Positions 44,842 to 56,661 are shown, counted from the stretch's first letter. The stretch: 64,000 bases of DNA from Tetramitus jugosus (GCA_937625935.1 OW569388.1:124001-188000); one strand, 5' to 3'. Numbers and translations are program-made. The notes: a model not told the origin generated them from the sequence alone.

Positions 44842-47619
44842 TTATGACGATAGCGCCGAATAGTTGGATTGAAGAATTTCTTTGGTCAGTATCCGATAGT
44901 TGAGACAGTTGTGGAGAGATGGATGATTCTCACTGGTGCTGCACAGTTCGTAATCCTCCTCTAGCGATGTGGGATATTGCTCGAGAACTGATTGTATAAT
45001 GTCTCTGGCAGTCTGTTTCACGTGATTGTCTTCGGTCGTGTGCAAATCTACTTGTCTGTCACCGATTAGGTATGCATCGTTCGTTTTCAGTCTGTCCAAG
45101 TTGGCTTCGGCTTCCTCGTTGGACATGAAGCACAATCTTAGGAAGTTGAGCAAACGATTCGGCTTGTCGTTATTGCGCAAAATATGCACACATGGATTCA
45201 TGGAGAAGCCCAGCAGTTGACTCAATTCAATCTTGGCATCGTCCTCTTCAATCATCGAAGCAATTTCCTCATCTAGTTCGAGAGCATAGGAGTGTCTGAT
45301 GCATTCTCTATTGTGATCATCCTTGGCAATGGAAACACCATACCGTAACAACAATTCGTCTTGAGGTTTCTCTGCCAAAATGTTGGTTTGGATCATCGAT
45401 CCAGCACTGAATGGTGTCACAGCAGAGACATGCAATGTTCCATCTCGGCCATCGTACCATGTTTCCCATCTTCTGTTTGGTGAATATTGGACACGTGTAT
45501 CATGGATGCATGGCGTAGGCAAAATATATGCCTTATCATTGATGGAGGCATTGTTGGATTCTATACGAGATACACATGTATCGAACACTACATAGGACCA
45601 GAGGAAGTGTTCAAAAGTGAGTACAGATCCCTTGTTGAGGTGACATGCAGCCTCAAACTGCTTGTTGTTGGGATACTTTTTGTTAATGAATTGCAAGTGA
45701 GCAACAATATTGTCAAATGTTTCTTGCAGACCGGCCTTCAATTCCAAAGTTTCTTCAATCAATGCTTGATCTTGCAATTCTTCGAGAACTTCATCAGAAT
45801 ACATCAATAAACAATTAAACTCTGAGGGAATGGACTCCACAAAGAATTGGAATTGATAGTCTGAGGAAGTTGGTGAAAATTTGGAGTAGAGCAGGTACAA
45901 CATAAACATTGTTTCCTCATCGAATAGCTCTTGGTCTGGATTCTGTTGGAGAAACAATGCAGATACTAATTGACCAATTGGCGATTTCATTATCGTTTCA
46001 ATAGTGATTGTATTCTCCAGTTTTGTAACAACAATATCTCCACCAACATTAATCTCGTTCGTCGTTTGAAGATACACTGAATGTTGTTTATCCTCACGGG
46101 TCGTAAGTACGCAATTCGAAACATTGTTTTGCATCTTTAACCAATTATTTGCAACATCGACATTGTATCCACACAGAGTTCCTGCAGCAGAGATATCCTG
46201 AGGCAATTGTTCATGAACCCTTTGAATGTAATCGTTTTCCATTTGCAAAACAATGTTCAGTGTACTCTGCAGAATCTGCTTCTGTCCCATTCGGTAAATA
46301 AGTATATCAATCAGATGTCTCTCATGTCTGGTCAGTTCTGGTTTTGATCTCAGATTGCTCAAGAGATGAGCATCATGGTCAAGTGTTGTTTCGAAATTTA
46401 ACAACATTTGTCTGAACTGCTTCTTAATACCAAGCAACTGCATTCCATTGCGGAAGGATACATCACTCTCAATTTGTTCATTTCTAAAGTGATAAATCTC
46501 TTCATCATCCAACAAACAAATCTTTAGTGCCTTGAAGAGCTCGGCAGGCATAAAATGATCATTCTTCAAGTAGTATCCCAATTTGAGACCATGTTGATTC
46601 AATAATTTGTTCTTGAATTCAATTTGATCTTCATCTCCTGCTAGTCCTAACTGCATATAGAGCGTGTCTTGCGAATTATTTTCAACAACAAAACCGTAGC
46701 TCAGCAAGAATGAATCGTTACTCTTTCCTCCATAGTTATTAAATACTTGTTGTCCTGTTTGTAAAGGCTCACTCGATCTCAGCGAGAACGTATTGTTTTC
46801 TTCATTTGTTAGATAGGTGACATTCTCTCCTGCATTGTGATTCAAAATATCAATCAACGGTAGCAGAGTAGGCAGCACTCGCTTCTGTCCATCTCTATCA
46901 ACGAACTGGATGGGAAACACACGAGACCAAACAACAGAATAAGCCCAAACAAAGTTCTGCAACGTAAATGCCTCCTTGGGAAACAGTGTTTGAGTATCCA
47001 TTTGTGTCAATGGACGAACGATGTGCTCAAAAATATGAACTAATCGTTGCTTAATACTCAAAACACTCTTTAACAGATTCGATCCCTTCAACTCGTCCAA
47101 TTCACTATCACTGTAGTACAGTGGAGTATCAAACTCTGTTGGCAACGAGTCTAAATAGGGAAACCAAAAGGATTGTTCACCTCGAACATGACGCTCATAA
47201 ATTAAGAAACAGTAAAACAGGATAGCATTCACATCGAACATGTCATTGTTATGATGATGAACTGATCCTTCATATCCCGTCGATGGCAACAACAATGCCT
47301 GTAAGCTAAACGAAGAATCTCCGCTATTCTTTTTCGTAGATTTTTTGGCGGGCTTTTTTTGCGCCAAAAGTTGCTGCAATCCGTTTTCAAAAGATTGAGC
47401 AAATGCAAGGTTACCATGCTCCACAGAATATGCACTGAGATAATTTAAGCTAATGCACAAATCAATCTTGATCCAATCATTCTCTCCCGTACCATCACTG
47501 TTGTTGATTGCGACTCCACTGAGACCAAATCCAGGGAGATACTCGAGGTTAATATTGGAATTTAAGTAAGAGTTGGGAAACTGAAGTGCCCACTGCTTCA
47601 ATCTTTCTACCTTTTGCAT
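44842..47619 (-). CDS. Tandem SET + Rubisco-LSMT substrate-binding methyltransferase (SETD3/SETD4-like, duplicated)
   Basis: Unit 1: SFWFPYLDSLP, FVWAYSVVWSR, LLPLIDILNH, VFNNYG..FLLSYGF; unit 2: FFVESIP, FLWSY, ELLLRYGV, YPTSLEED. Confidence 0.85.
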   Translation of the reverse strand: MQKVERLKQWALQFPNSYLNSNINLEYLPGFGLSGVAINNSDGTGENDWIKIDLCISLNYLSAYSVEHGNLAFAQSFENGLQQLLAQKKPAKKSTKKNSGDSSFSLQALLLPSTGYEGSVHHHNNDMFDVNAILFYCFLIYERHVRGEQSFWFPYLDSLPTEFDTPLYYSDSELDELKGSNLLKSVLSIKQRLVHIFEHIVRPLTQMDTQTLFPKEAFTLQNFVWAYSVVWSRVFPIQFVDRDGQKRVLPTLLPLIDILNHNAGENVTYLTNEENNTFSLRSSEPLQTGQQVFNNYGGKSNDSFLLSYGFVVENNSQDTLYMQLGLAGDEDQIEFKNKLLNQHGLKLGYYLKNDHFMPAELFKALKICLLDDEEIYHFRNEQIESDVSFRNGMQLLGIKKQFRQMLLNFETTLDHDAHLLSNLRSKPELTRHERHLIDILIYRMGQKQILQSTLNIVLQMENDYIQRVHEQLPQDISAAGTLCGYNVDVANNWLKMQNNVSNCVLTTREDKQHSVYLQTTNEINVGGDIVVTKLENTITIETIMKSPIGQLVSALFLQQNPDQELFDEETMFMLYLLYSKFSPTSSDYQFQFFVESIPSEFNCLLMYSDEVLEELQDQALIEETLELKAGLQETFDNIVAHLQFINKKYPNNKQFEAACHLNKGSVLTFEHFLWSYVVFDTCVSRIESNNASINDKAYILPTPCIHDTRVQYSPNRRWETWYDGRDGTLHVSAVTPFSAGSMIQTNILAEKPQDELLLRYGVSIAKDDHNRECIRHSYALELDEEIASMIEEDDAKIELSQLLGFSMNPCVHILRNNDKPNRLLNFLRLCFMSNEEAEANLDRLKTNDAYLIGDRQVDLHTTEDNHVKQTARDIIQSVLEQYPTSLEEDYELCSTSENHPSLHNCLNYRILTKEILQSNYSALSS

Positions 47620-47754
47620 TTTGTTGTTTTCTCAGTTAAATTCTCCGTTGCGCGCCAAAAACTTTGCCACCTCGAAAAAAGTGAACGTTTGGTGCAACAA
47701 AACAAAAGAGGATTTTGTCACATAGTCAGTTACGTTTGTTGTTGAGATCTGACC

Positions 47755-50700
47755 ATGAGTAATCATAACTACCCAGTTCATTTGGATGCGTCCTTCAGGC
47801 GCTTGTCCCTTACGCCTCAAAAGCAAATCAGACAAAAGCCAATTGAAATTCCTCCTTCGACAACCAAGCGTGACCTAAAAGTTCAATATAACAATTATGT
47901 GTCCAAGGCAAAGCAAATCGAAAAGATGACCGCAGACATTGAAAACAATTTTGAAAAATTGGAGGAGTGCTATCTCTTGTACAGTTCGGCCTTTGCTCTG
48001 TTTTCTCAGGATGAGAAATTGAAGAAAAAGTTGGCCAAATTGAAGTCCGTGTTGGATGAGTATGAAGATGCGACTGATGATGATGACAAGGAACAGGGTT
48101 TTGAAGATAAAATGGTCGTATCAACTGCTCCAAAACCAAGTGCTCCAGTTACACGACATGTATCAAACAGAGAAAACGACGACTTCTTACTGGATATGAG
48201 AAACTATAAGAAAGCGCCTCCTCCAGTTCAAACAGATGGTCGGCAGTTAAACTCTAAGAAATATTCTGCCTCCAGTGTGGTATCTTTACCTCGAACCACC
48301 AACAACCAGAGTACGAATCGACCCAGTGAAAAAAAGTTTATAGCGCAACCGAATGGATTTGTGCATGATAGCGAAAGAGACTGTTATTGTTTACCGGACA
48401 GTACTAAACCATTTAATACGAGCAATATCACGAAGGAATCTTTACCGTATTGTTTGGCATCTGACATTTATAAAGAATTATATGATTACCAGAGAGATTC
48501 GATCAAATGGTTTTGGAAGAAGCATTGCGAGGGTCAGAAGCGAAAATCAACGAATGGAGGAATATTAGGTGATGATATGGGACTGGGTAAAACTGTGCAA
48601 GTTGCTGCCTATCTAGCGGGTCTGTTTCAATCCAATCTTGCTGAGCATGTAATGATTGGTATGCCTGTTTCTGTGTTACAAAATTGGAGGAAGGAATTCT
48701 TGAAGTGGGCCCCTGATATACCCGTATATTTTTTTCATAACCTAACGAAAAAGCAAAGAGAATATATACTCGAGGACTTCTGTGATTCTGGAGGAATATT
48801 ATTGACAACATACGGAATGATTACATCTCAAGTTGATTTATTTGTGAAAAGTTTTGACAAGTTAGGCTTTAATTTTGACTACATCTTTTTAGATGAGGGA
48901 CACAGGGTCAAGAACCCCTCTATTCAATTGTCACAATGTCTGCGAAGAATACCTGTTCATATTTGTAAGTTTATTCTTACAGGTACTCCCATACAAAATA
49001 ATTTGATGGAAATATGGGCTCTATTCGATTATTTATTTGATGGGCGATTGCTTGGATCTTCACGAGCATTCAAATCTGAATTTGAAAAGAAAATTATAAG
49101 AGCTAATGAAAAAGATGCAAGTGACTTCGAAAAGCGTCTGGGACATCAAATATCGCTCAAACTGCAAAAGTTGATCGAACCTCACCTACTGAGAAGAGAG
49201 AAGAGTGTAGTTTTAAATGCATCCTCATCAATTTCCATTAGCAGAAAGAATGATTTGGTTATATGGATCAAAAACTCAGAAAAGCAACAGGAAATATACA
49301 ATGAGTTTTTAACATCTCCAGAAGTGAGAGCAGTGTTAAATAGATCCCAGAGTGTGCTATCAGCGCTTACTACTTTGAAGCAAATATGTAGTCATCCTAA
49401 CTTGCTTAAGAATGGCACAAAAGCGTCCAAGCTTGCAGATATTATCCAGCAGAGTGGAAAGTTAACATTCTTAGAGATACTGCTGAAACAGCTCTATTCA
49501 GAGAAACGTCGTGTCCTAATATTCAGTCAAAGTGTTCAAATGCTCTATCTCATATCTAAAGTGCTAGATTCACATTGTTTTAAGCACTTACAGATCGATG
49601 GTTCAATATCAGATTCGAGAGAACGACAAAAGTTGATTGATGAATTCAATGAGCCAAACTCAAAATACTTTTGTTTCTTATTGACGAGTCAGGTTGGTGG
49701 TTTTGGAATTACCTTAACTTCTGCTGATCGCGTAGTCATATTTGAACCAGCTTGGAATCCAAGTGTGGATTCTCAAGCAGTTGATAGAGCATATAGAATT
49801 GGTCAAACTAAAGATGTGATTGTGTATCGTCTTATTAGTTGTGGAACAATCGAAGAAAAGGTATGTGAGTCACTATCGTATGTTTCATTGAATTGCAATT
49901 CTTACCTTTTACTATAGATTTATAGAAAGCAAGTGTTCAAAGGATCACTTAGCAAGCAAACGATTGAGAAATCGAATCAACATCGATATTTCACACATTC
50001 TGAGCTCAGAGAACTGTTCACTATGGGCGAATCAGACAGATCAGAAACTCAACATCAACTCCGAGAAATTCATCAACCAGTCGAATACTATGAAGAAATG
50101 AAAAGACATATCAAAACGCTTGAGACCATAACAGCTCGCACCATGGTAGGATACAGTGATCATGATGTTTTATTCTCGAACAATAATGAAGTTATTGAAG
50201 ATGATGATCTATCCCTGCAAGAAGCAGAGCAGTCACAGAACAGGCTGTTCTCTCCTCAATCAAAATCATCAGTTATCCACCTCAGCAGTCCTCCTCCAAA
50301 CCGCACCAGAAAGCCTAAAGGTACTACTCCCGCATCCTCTGTTCGAAGTAACAAGTTTACCGAAAATGAGCTACCTAACTTATTGAAGGGAGTGCGAATG
50401 TACGGTGAAGAGGACAAATGGGGTCTCATTGCTCTTGATTTCTTCTCCCACACGAATATTTCAAGCCATAATCTTGAGAAAGCATGGATGCAATTTAAGC
50501 AAGGAAAAACAATAGAAGAGATAGCAAAACTAATATGTCAATTCGATGATAGCTTCGATATTCTGCCTGCTCTACCAACGCTTACCGAAGTATCGAGGAT
50601 TGATAGACACTCTATTCGACGTCAATCCATTAGGAACAGGTTAAGCTCAGCGATCTTAATCGATGATGATGAGCCAGCTAAACCAGAGGCAATTAAATCT

Positions 50701-51345
50701 GTTTGCAGAAGAGTGTCAATGGGCTTGGGATTGATTGATGGACCATACTCTGATGATGAGGAAGATGAGGATAATGATAATGGAGATGATTGCATCAATG
50801 ACCTTGCATCTGAATCAGAAGAGTCTGATGACGATGATCATAATGATAGTTTTATTGTGCCAGATGGAGAAAATATGAGCGATGGAGATTATGAGTCTCC
50901 GTCAGATCTTGAGTTTATTGATGACCGTGACATGGATATGGCTACCATTTCAACCAAGAAAGTTCGGAAGCATGTTGTTGATGATTCTGATGAAGATGAT
51001 GAAGCTATGAAGACAGTTGAAAGGCCATCTCACAGAGCCTCATCCTCTCGTGTCGAAGACTTTCAAATCATCCCATTTAGTGATCGGTTAAGTACCTTAA
51101 CAGAGGATCCTAATACAGTCCAAGAGCAAGATGAGAATGCAGTCATAGGAGAGGATCCTTTGACTCCTAATCAAACTCTCAGTGACCCCTATGTTCAGTT
51201 GTTGTACAAGGCAAGAGATGCTGAACTACAAAATAATATTCCCCAGGCGCTTTCTCTGTATATGCAAGCTCTTGAGATATCAGACCAAGACAACAAACTC
51301 CATTGCAAGATTTGCGTTCTTGCCAAGGTACTCCAATTTTATTAG
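47755..51345 (+). CDS. ERCC6L: SNF2-family helicase, ERCC6L/PICH-like, 2 exons
   Basis: GGILGDDMGLGKTVQ, LDEGHRVKN, LTGTPIQNN, SRKNDLVIW, PAWNPSVDSQAVDRAYRIGQ, terminal TPR-like helices; intron 49861-49917. Confidence 0.87.
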
Positions 51346-51465
51346 TGTAAAACAATTATTTATTGACAATGTCAAAAGTCGGCCGTTCGCGCCTCTCAAC
51401 TAACGGTTAGAATTTATCCATGGTTTCTGTGGAAGGTAAAGACAGAGAACAACCACTTCGAAATC

Positions 51466-52668
51466 ATGCACAAGAACAGCTACAAGACAAACAAAACACT
51501 TATTAACAACTGGAGTGAGGAACAATTTGACCAGGGATTTGATGATGAGAAGGCCAACAGACCAAGACTTCTGTCTCACACAGAACAGAGATGGAAATCA
51601 TCATATTCATTGGACCACTCAATAGAAAACAGTGCAACCTGTTTAGAGCTAGAAAAGAGCAATTTGGCCCAAACAACTCTCAGACATAGACTAGATGATC
51701 CATCAAAGAGAAATGTTGAAGAACAGAATCTCTTTATTAATTTGGAGAAAACAAAAGCTTTCCCTGGTCATCAACCAAAGCAAGATCCGTTCAACTACAA
51801 TTCACCTCAAAATCCCTTTGTATCTACCACAAGAGCAACGTTTATCAATCCAAAGCACGTTCCGAATGTACCTCTGAGGGACGACACCGACCCTATCAGG
51901 GGAATAGAGTTAGAAAATCCTGAAGCGTTAGAACAGTACAGAGATCGATGGACTCGTTCTACTCCTGTCCAAAAATCAAGTCTGGTAACTGAACACTCAT
52001 CCCAGTTTGTAAATCATTTTGAACGGCCAAATCACTTGGCTCATGTCTCTCTGCGTACCATTCCTAAAAACAAACTGAAGTCTCATGAAAATGAAAGGGA
52101 ATCACTGGATAGTATATTAAATACAATTAGAGCAAAATGTTTATCTAGAGCTAGTGGAGTTGGAATTCTTGCCCTTGGTAGTTCTTTTAGGATAATGGAC
52201 AAAAATCGATCCATGACTCTAACCAGAGATGAATTCTTTGTTGGCCTAACACACTATGGAATAGAATTGAGTGACTATGAACTGGAACAAGTGTACAAGT
52301 TCTTTGATCGAGATGGAAACGGATTCATATCTTATGATGAGTTTTTGATTGGTGTTCGAGGTACGGTACCACCACGACGCCAAGACCTAATTGCGAGAGC
52401 GTTTCAGATATTAGACACTAACAACTCTGGGGAAGTATCTCTGAGCGAAATACAATCCAAGTATAATGCTCGTAATCACCCCCTTGTAGTCAAGGGAGTG
52501 ATCACTGAGGATGAAGTGTACCAACAGTTCATGAAGCCATTCGAGGACAATACTCCAGATGGATCTATTACCAGATTAGAGTGGGATAATTACTATGTCG
52601 GAATTAGCGCCTCCATTGATTCTGATGAACTCTTTATGGATATGATGCAAAGATGTTGGTCCTTGTAA
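51466..52668 (+). CDS. Calcyphosin-like EF-hand protein with N-terminal extension
   Basis: RGxxGI-like SRASGVGILALGSSFRIMD, EF hands FDRDGNGFISYDEFL, LDTNNSGEVS, YNARNHP, YYVGISASIDSDELF. Confidence 0.88.
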   Translation: MHKNSYKTNKTLINNWSEEQFDQGFDDEKANRPRLLSHTEQRWKSSYSLDHSIENSATCLELEKSNLAQTTLRHRLDDPSKRNVEEQNLFINLEKTKAFPGHQPKQDPFNYNSPQNPFVSTTRATFINPKHVPNVPLRDDTDPIRGIELENPEALEQYRDRWTRSTPVQKSSLVTEHSSQFVNHFERPNHLAHVSLRTIPKNKLKSHENERESLDSILNTIRAKCLSRASGVGILALGSSFRIMDKNRSMTLTRDEFFVGLTHYGIELSDYELEQVYKFFDRDGNGFISYDEFLIGVRGTVPPRRQDLIARAFQILDTNNSGEVSLSEIQSKYNARNHPLVVKGVITEDEVYQQFMKPFEDNTPDGSITRLEWDNYYVGISASIDSDELFMDMMQRCWSL

Positions 52669-52907
52669 CTGTTTTTTAAGGATGTAGTTCGTTGGACCTC
52701 AACGTATAAATAGAACTCTACCTATAAATTTTCCAGACTGCCCAAAAAAACAGGTGCACGACACCCAATCACAAACACAAGCTTACGATCATGGTTGCCA
52801 CATCTCATCAATGGTTCTGTTCCGGCTGTGGTTCCGTCTCAGCCAAGAGTATTATAATGAATACTGCCTCATGGTTCTGCCCAGGATGCGGTCAAGTACT
52901 GGTTGAT

Positions 52908-53228
52908 TCAACAAGCAATCAAAACAGGCACAAAAAATTTCCTTTGCAATTTGCACGGTAAGCCTGACTTGCAAACGGCCAAACAGTGTGAGTACAAATT
53001 GTCCATATAAGACCTTATTGTTGATAGATTATTGACTATCGAAGATCGAAAATCCCGACACGTCAATACCAAATTCAACACATCTTCTACACCAAGGAAC
53101 GAACCAACTAGATACACAAATAAATCAATATGTATATCGGTTATTCTTACTTTTCTTTTGACTCCAAACTTTACCAATTGTTGGTGTTGGTTATGTCTTC
53201 TTTTGGCGCCTTTTCCTTGTTTTCCCAT
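52908..53228 (-). pseudogene. Truncated F-box protein stub
   Basis: F-box-like ITDIHIDLFVYLVGSFLGVEDVLNLVLTCRDF, then an early stop. Confidence 0.5.
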
Positions 53229-53370
53229 TTGTTCATTGATTTTTTTCATCAAAAAAAACTTGCAAAAAACAGAAAACAAACACTCTGAAGGACATCGTGA
53301 ATGCGAGTGACCTGATGATGAGTATGAGTTTTCTGACGTTTGTCAAATTCTGTCCTATTGATACCATTAG

Positions 53371-54018
53371 AGAGGTGTTGAATTGTCCGATAACTTGAGT
53401 ATTCAGATCTCATTGATGACACTTGCTCTTCAAACATATCCTGATAACACTGACTATGTCAACAAGATTATTAATAACATTGCTAGTCAATTGAATAGCA
53501 CTGCACTTGCTTCAGATGAAATTGTAGAGATGTTGAAGCGATTGTTGTTGGTGCCACTCGAGTCATACAACAATGTGCTAACAGTTTTGAAGTTGGAGAA
53601 GTATGGTGATATTATTCATTCTCTTGGATATGAACAGAGAAAGTTTATTGCACTGAGCATTGTGAGATGCGCACTTGACAATGGACACAAGATTTCAACA
53701 TTTGAACAAGTGAACAAACTGTTTGATTTGATTCGTCCACTGTTGAAGGATGAGGAAGACCAAACAACATTCTCACCTTCTGACGACTCACCAATAGCTG
53801 CAACATTGCTCGAAGATTTCGAAGAAGAACAGAACTTGATTGCCAGATTGGTTCATTTGTTTGATAATAGCGATACTGATCAATTGTTTAAAGTTTTGGC
53901 CGCAGCCAGAAAGCACTTTGGTCAGGGTGGTGTCAAGAGAATTCAATACACATTGGTACCGCTTGTATTCTCCTACTTGAAACTTGCTCAGAGAATCTAC
54001 AATGCACACTGCAAATAG
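53371..54018 (+). pseudogene. VPS35: Internal fragment of retromer subunit VPS35
   Basis: SLMTLALQTYPD..YVNKI, LIRPLLKD, EDFEEEQNLIARLVHLF, ARKHFGQGGVKRIQYTLVPLVF; N- and C-terminal parts of VPS35 are absent from the window. Confidence 0.85.
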
Positions 54019-54390
54019 ACACCTCTTGTCGACTCTCCATCTTTTTTGATTGATTTGGTTGTTGTTGTTGTTGTTGATGTTCGTTGTGCGACTTGTGTTT
54101 TTCGTTGTTGTTGTTGTCGTGTCAGAGAGAAAGTTTTTCGTTGTCTTTCGTTTGGTTCAAGATTGGATAGATAGGTGGATATATTATAAAAAAATACAAT
54201 ACATGTTGTATCAGTTTCCTCTAAGCTGCGGAATTGGTGCAGTTGTAAAAATTTCCGTTGAGACTGTCTTTACAACGACAACGGCCATCTACCTCGGTTT
54301 AAAAAGCGCTGTCTTTTTCGCTGTTTGATTCAACTCACACAACAAATATAACACACAACAAATACACCACACAACAAATACAATAACATT

Positions 54391-55299
54391 ATGCCACGAG
54401 GCGTACCTAAGGACGGCAAGAGAAAGAGAAAGAGAGAGACTGTCAAAAAGAATGAATACTCATCACATTACGTGGTCAAGGTCGGTCTGAAGTCTCTGTT
54501 GTTGCATCATCCAACTCTGTTACCAATCATACAGACTCAAGCTCTGGAGATTACAAGGATTGCTCTTCGACTCACAAGATTTATAAACATATTCGTTTTG
54601 AGGCACTTGGAGTCTGACTATCAAATCCCTTTATTAGATCAAGTGTTTCTTCAAAGATTAGGTTCTGTGTTGTTTGGACGCAATTCAAAACCAAGAGACA
54701 ATAACTTAAGTCTCATCAACGAGTCTGTCAACATGGACGATGTAGTAGTCAAACTCAGAAAGATTTATCAGAGTTTTGCCACGTCCATCAATTATGTTGC
54801 CAGGTCTCTCAATGTCAACATCTCCAACATGCTCAAGTTCACATTGGAACCAAGACTGAGGAAGTATCTGAGGGTCAGAATGAATCAACTACACAGTGAC
54901 TCATCTATTCCAAAGTCAGAACAAAGAAGGGTTGTTGAATACATTATCAGAAGGTTGACATTTAGCACTCCTGTCCACGATTTTATCAAATTGCCTCCAA
55001 AAGAGTTGATAGAGACGATTCCTGTGTTGATCCGAGAGGTTCGAACACTTGTTGATGCTAAAACTGATGAAGTAATTGATGAATCATTTGTGAAGAACAA
55101 CACCAATAACATGCTGAAGTTTTACTGGCATGTTCAACAATTTCTGATCAACAATGATATGAAATCGTTTGCACTACTTCCTTTGTTAAACATGATGTTG
55201 ACAGATGATGAAGGAAGTTTTTTCTGCAGGGATAAAATTACAATTCTTCTACAGAAGTTCCTCAGATACCACCAAGTTCCACACCAAAGTTCAAAGTGA
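54391..55299 (+). mobile_element. Fanzor1-like ORF, N-terminal lobe only (RuvC missing)
   Basis: NLS, then VVKVGLKSLL..ITRI..RFINIFVL..IPLL..INYVARSLNVNISN..RLRKY..LKFYW..KSFALLPL; resemblance stops at ~55185. Confidence 0.65.
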
Positions 55300-55698
55300 A
55301 ATCTTCCAGCAGGAAGTCCCTAAAAACAAATGAAAACAACAATAGTAGAAATGCAAAGCCGTATTATCAAAGTTACGAAGAGATATCGATGCGACATCAA
55401 GTACTGCTTGACGGAGATTATCGTTGTAAACGAGAAAGGCCAATGGGAAAACGACAAGGTAGAAAGAGGAACAAATGAGGCCTAATTTCACAATCAGAAT
55501 GTGGGACCATTTAGTTCAATATGTCCACGGTGTTCCTCAATACATTTCTCTGGAGGGTCATGACATTCTGATTGAAACCGTCTTGTAATTTCCACAAACT
55601 CCTGGAACCACAGAGATTTTTAGCGGAAATTTTCGTACTAAAAATAAAACTTAGCAATTCTGTTTCCGAAGGACAAGTGTCAGTGAGACATGTGTCCA

Positions 55699-55730
55699 TT
55701 CCTGAACTTTAGAAAAGAGTTGTATAAAAG
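55699..55730 (+). promoter_or_regulatory. TATA box with HSE-like element upstream of the small HSP gene
   Basis: TTCctGAActTTA at 55699-55711 and TATAAAAG at 55723. Confidence 0.4.
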
Positions 55731-55804
55731 GAGGGAATGTAAAGCACAGAAAACCAAAGCACAACAAATACCAAAATCGAAACTTGCAGACCTAAATCAC
55801 AAAG

Positions 55805-56661
55805 ATGTCCAATCAATCCAAGAAATATCAACACCTATTCATCCTTATCATCTTAATTATCATGTTAGTCACTCTCGTGGCTTCCTCACTGGCCGAGAGT
55901 GGAGCTCAAGATCTGTTGGAATCGATTGCCACTGTGAACATGGCCACAGAAACCACTAAGAATACATTGCCTGAAGGTCTACCCGAAACTCCAAAGAAAA
56001 TTTTGGAAGAGAACATTACGGTAGAGAAGGAAGCAGAAGAACCAAAGGAACAAACAAAAGAAAAACAGATTTTTATTGAGAAACAAGTATCTCCAACAAA
56101 GCCAGAGAAGAAACTTCGACAGAAGATTGCAAGACGGAACAGGAGATCGAAGGCGTTGGAGAACAGAATCTATCGTCCATTCGATGGTCTACTCAGAAAC
56201 ACCCTCGACTCTTTCCATAGACGCAATGCCCGAATTCAAAGACTCTTTAATATGGAACTCTTGATTTCCCAATTCCATTCAGAAGAAACATGTTGAAATT
56301 CCCTGACTACTTGAGATTTCCAACCTTTGACCCCTTGGAACCAGTTAAGGACAAGAGAATTTACTCTGTCATGAACGAGAAGGAAGATAGATTTGTTGTA
56401 GAACTGTCAAATCTTCCAGAGAACCTCGAGAAGAAGGATATCAATGTGAAGATGAATATCCAAGGACAAACAGCTGCTCTGGATATTTCCAGCAAAATCA
56501 AGGACAGCATACTCGAGAAGAGATATGTGTTTGGATCAGCTAACAATGTGGATATTGACCAGGTGGCAGCCAAGTTTGATAACGAGAACCATCGCTTATC
56601 AATTGAAGTTATGAAGAAACCTGCTCAAAACCCTATTGTGAAGCAAATCAATATTGAATAA
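55805..56661 (+). pseudogene. Signal-peptide-bearing small heat-shock (HSP20) gene with a frameshift
   Basis: Hydrophobic N-terminus; alpha-crystallin domain (FVVELSNLPENLEKKDINVKM..VDIDQVAAKFD..LSIEVMK..QINIE) lies in another frame; frameshift at ~56258. Confidence 0.7.
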
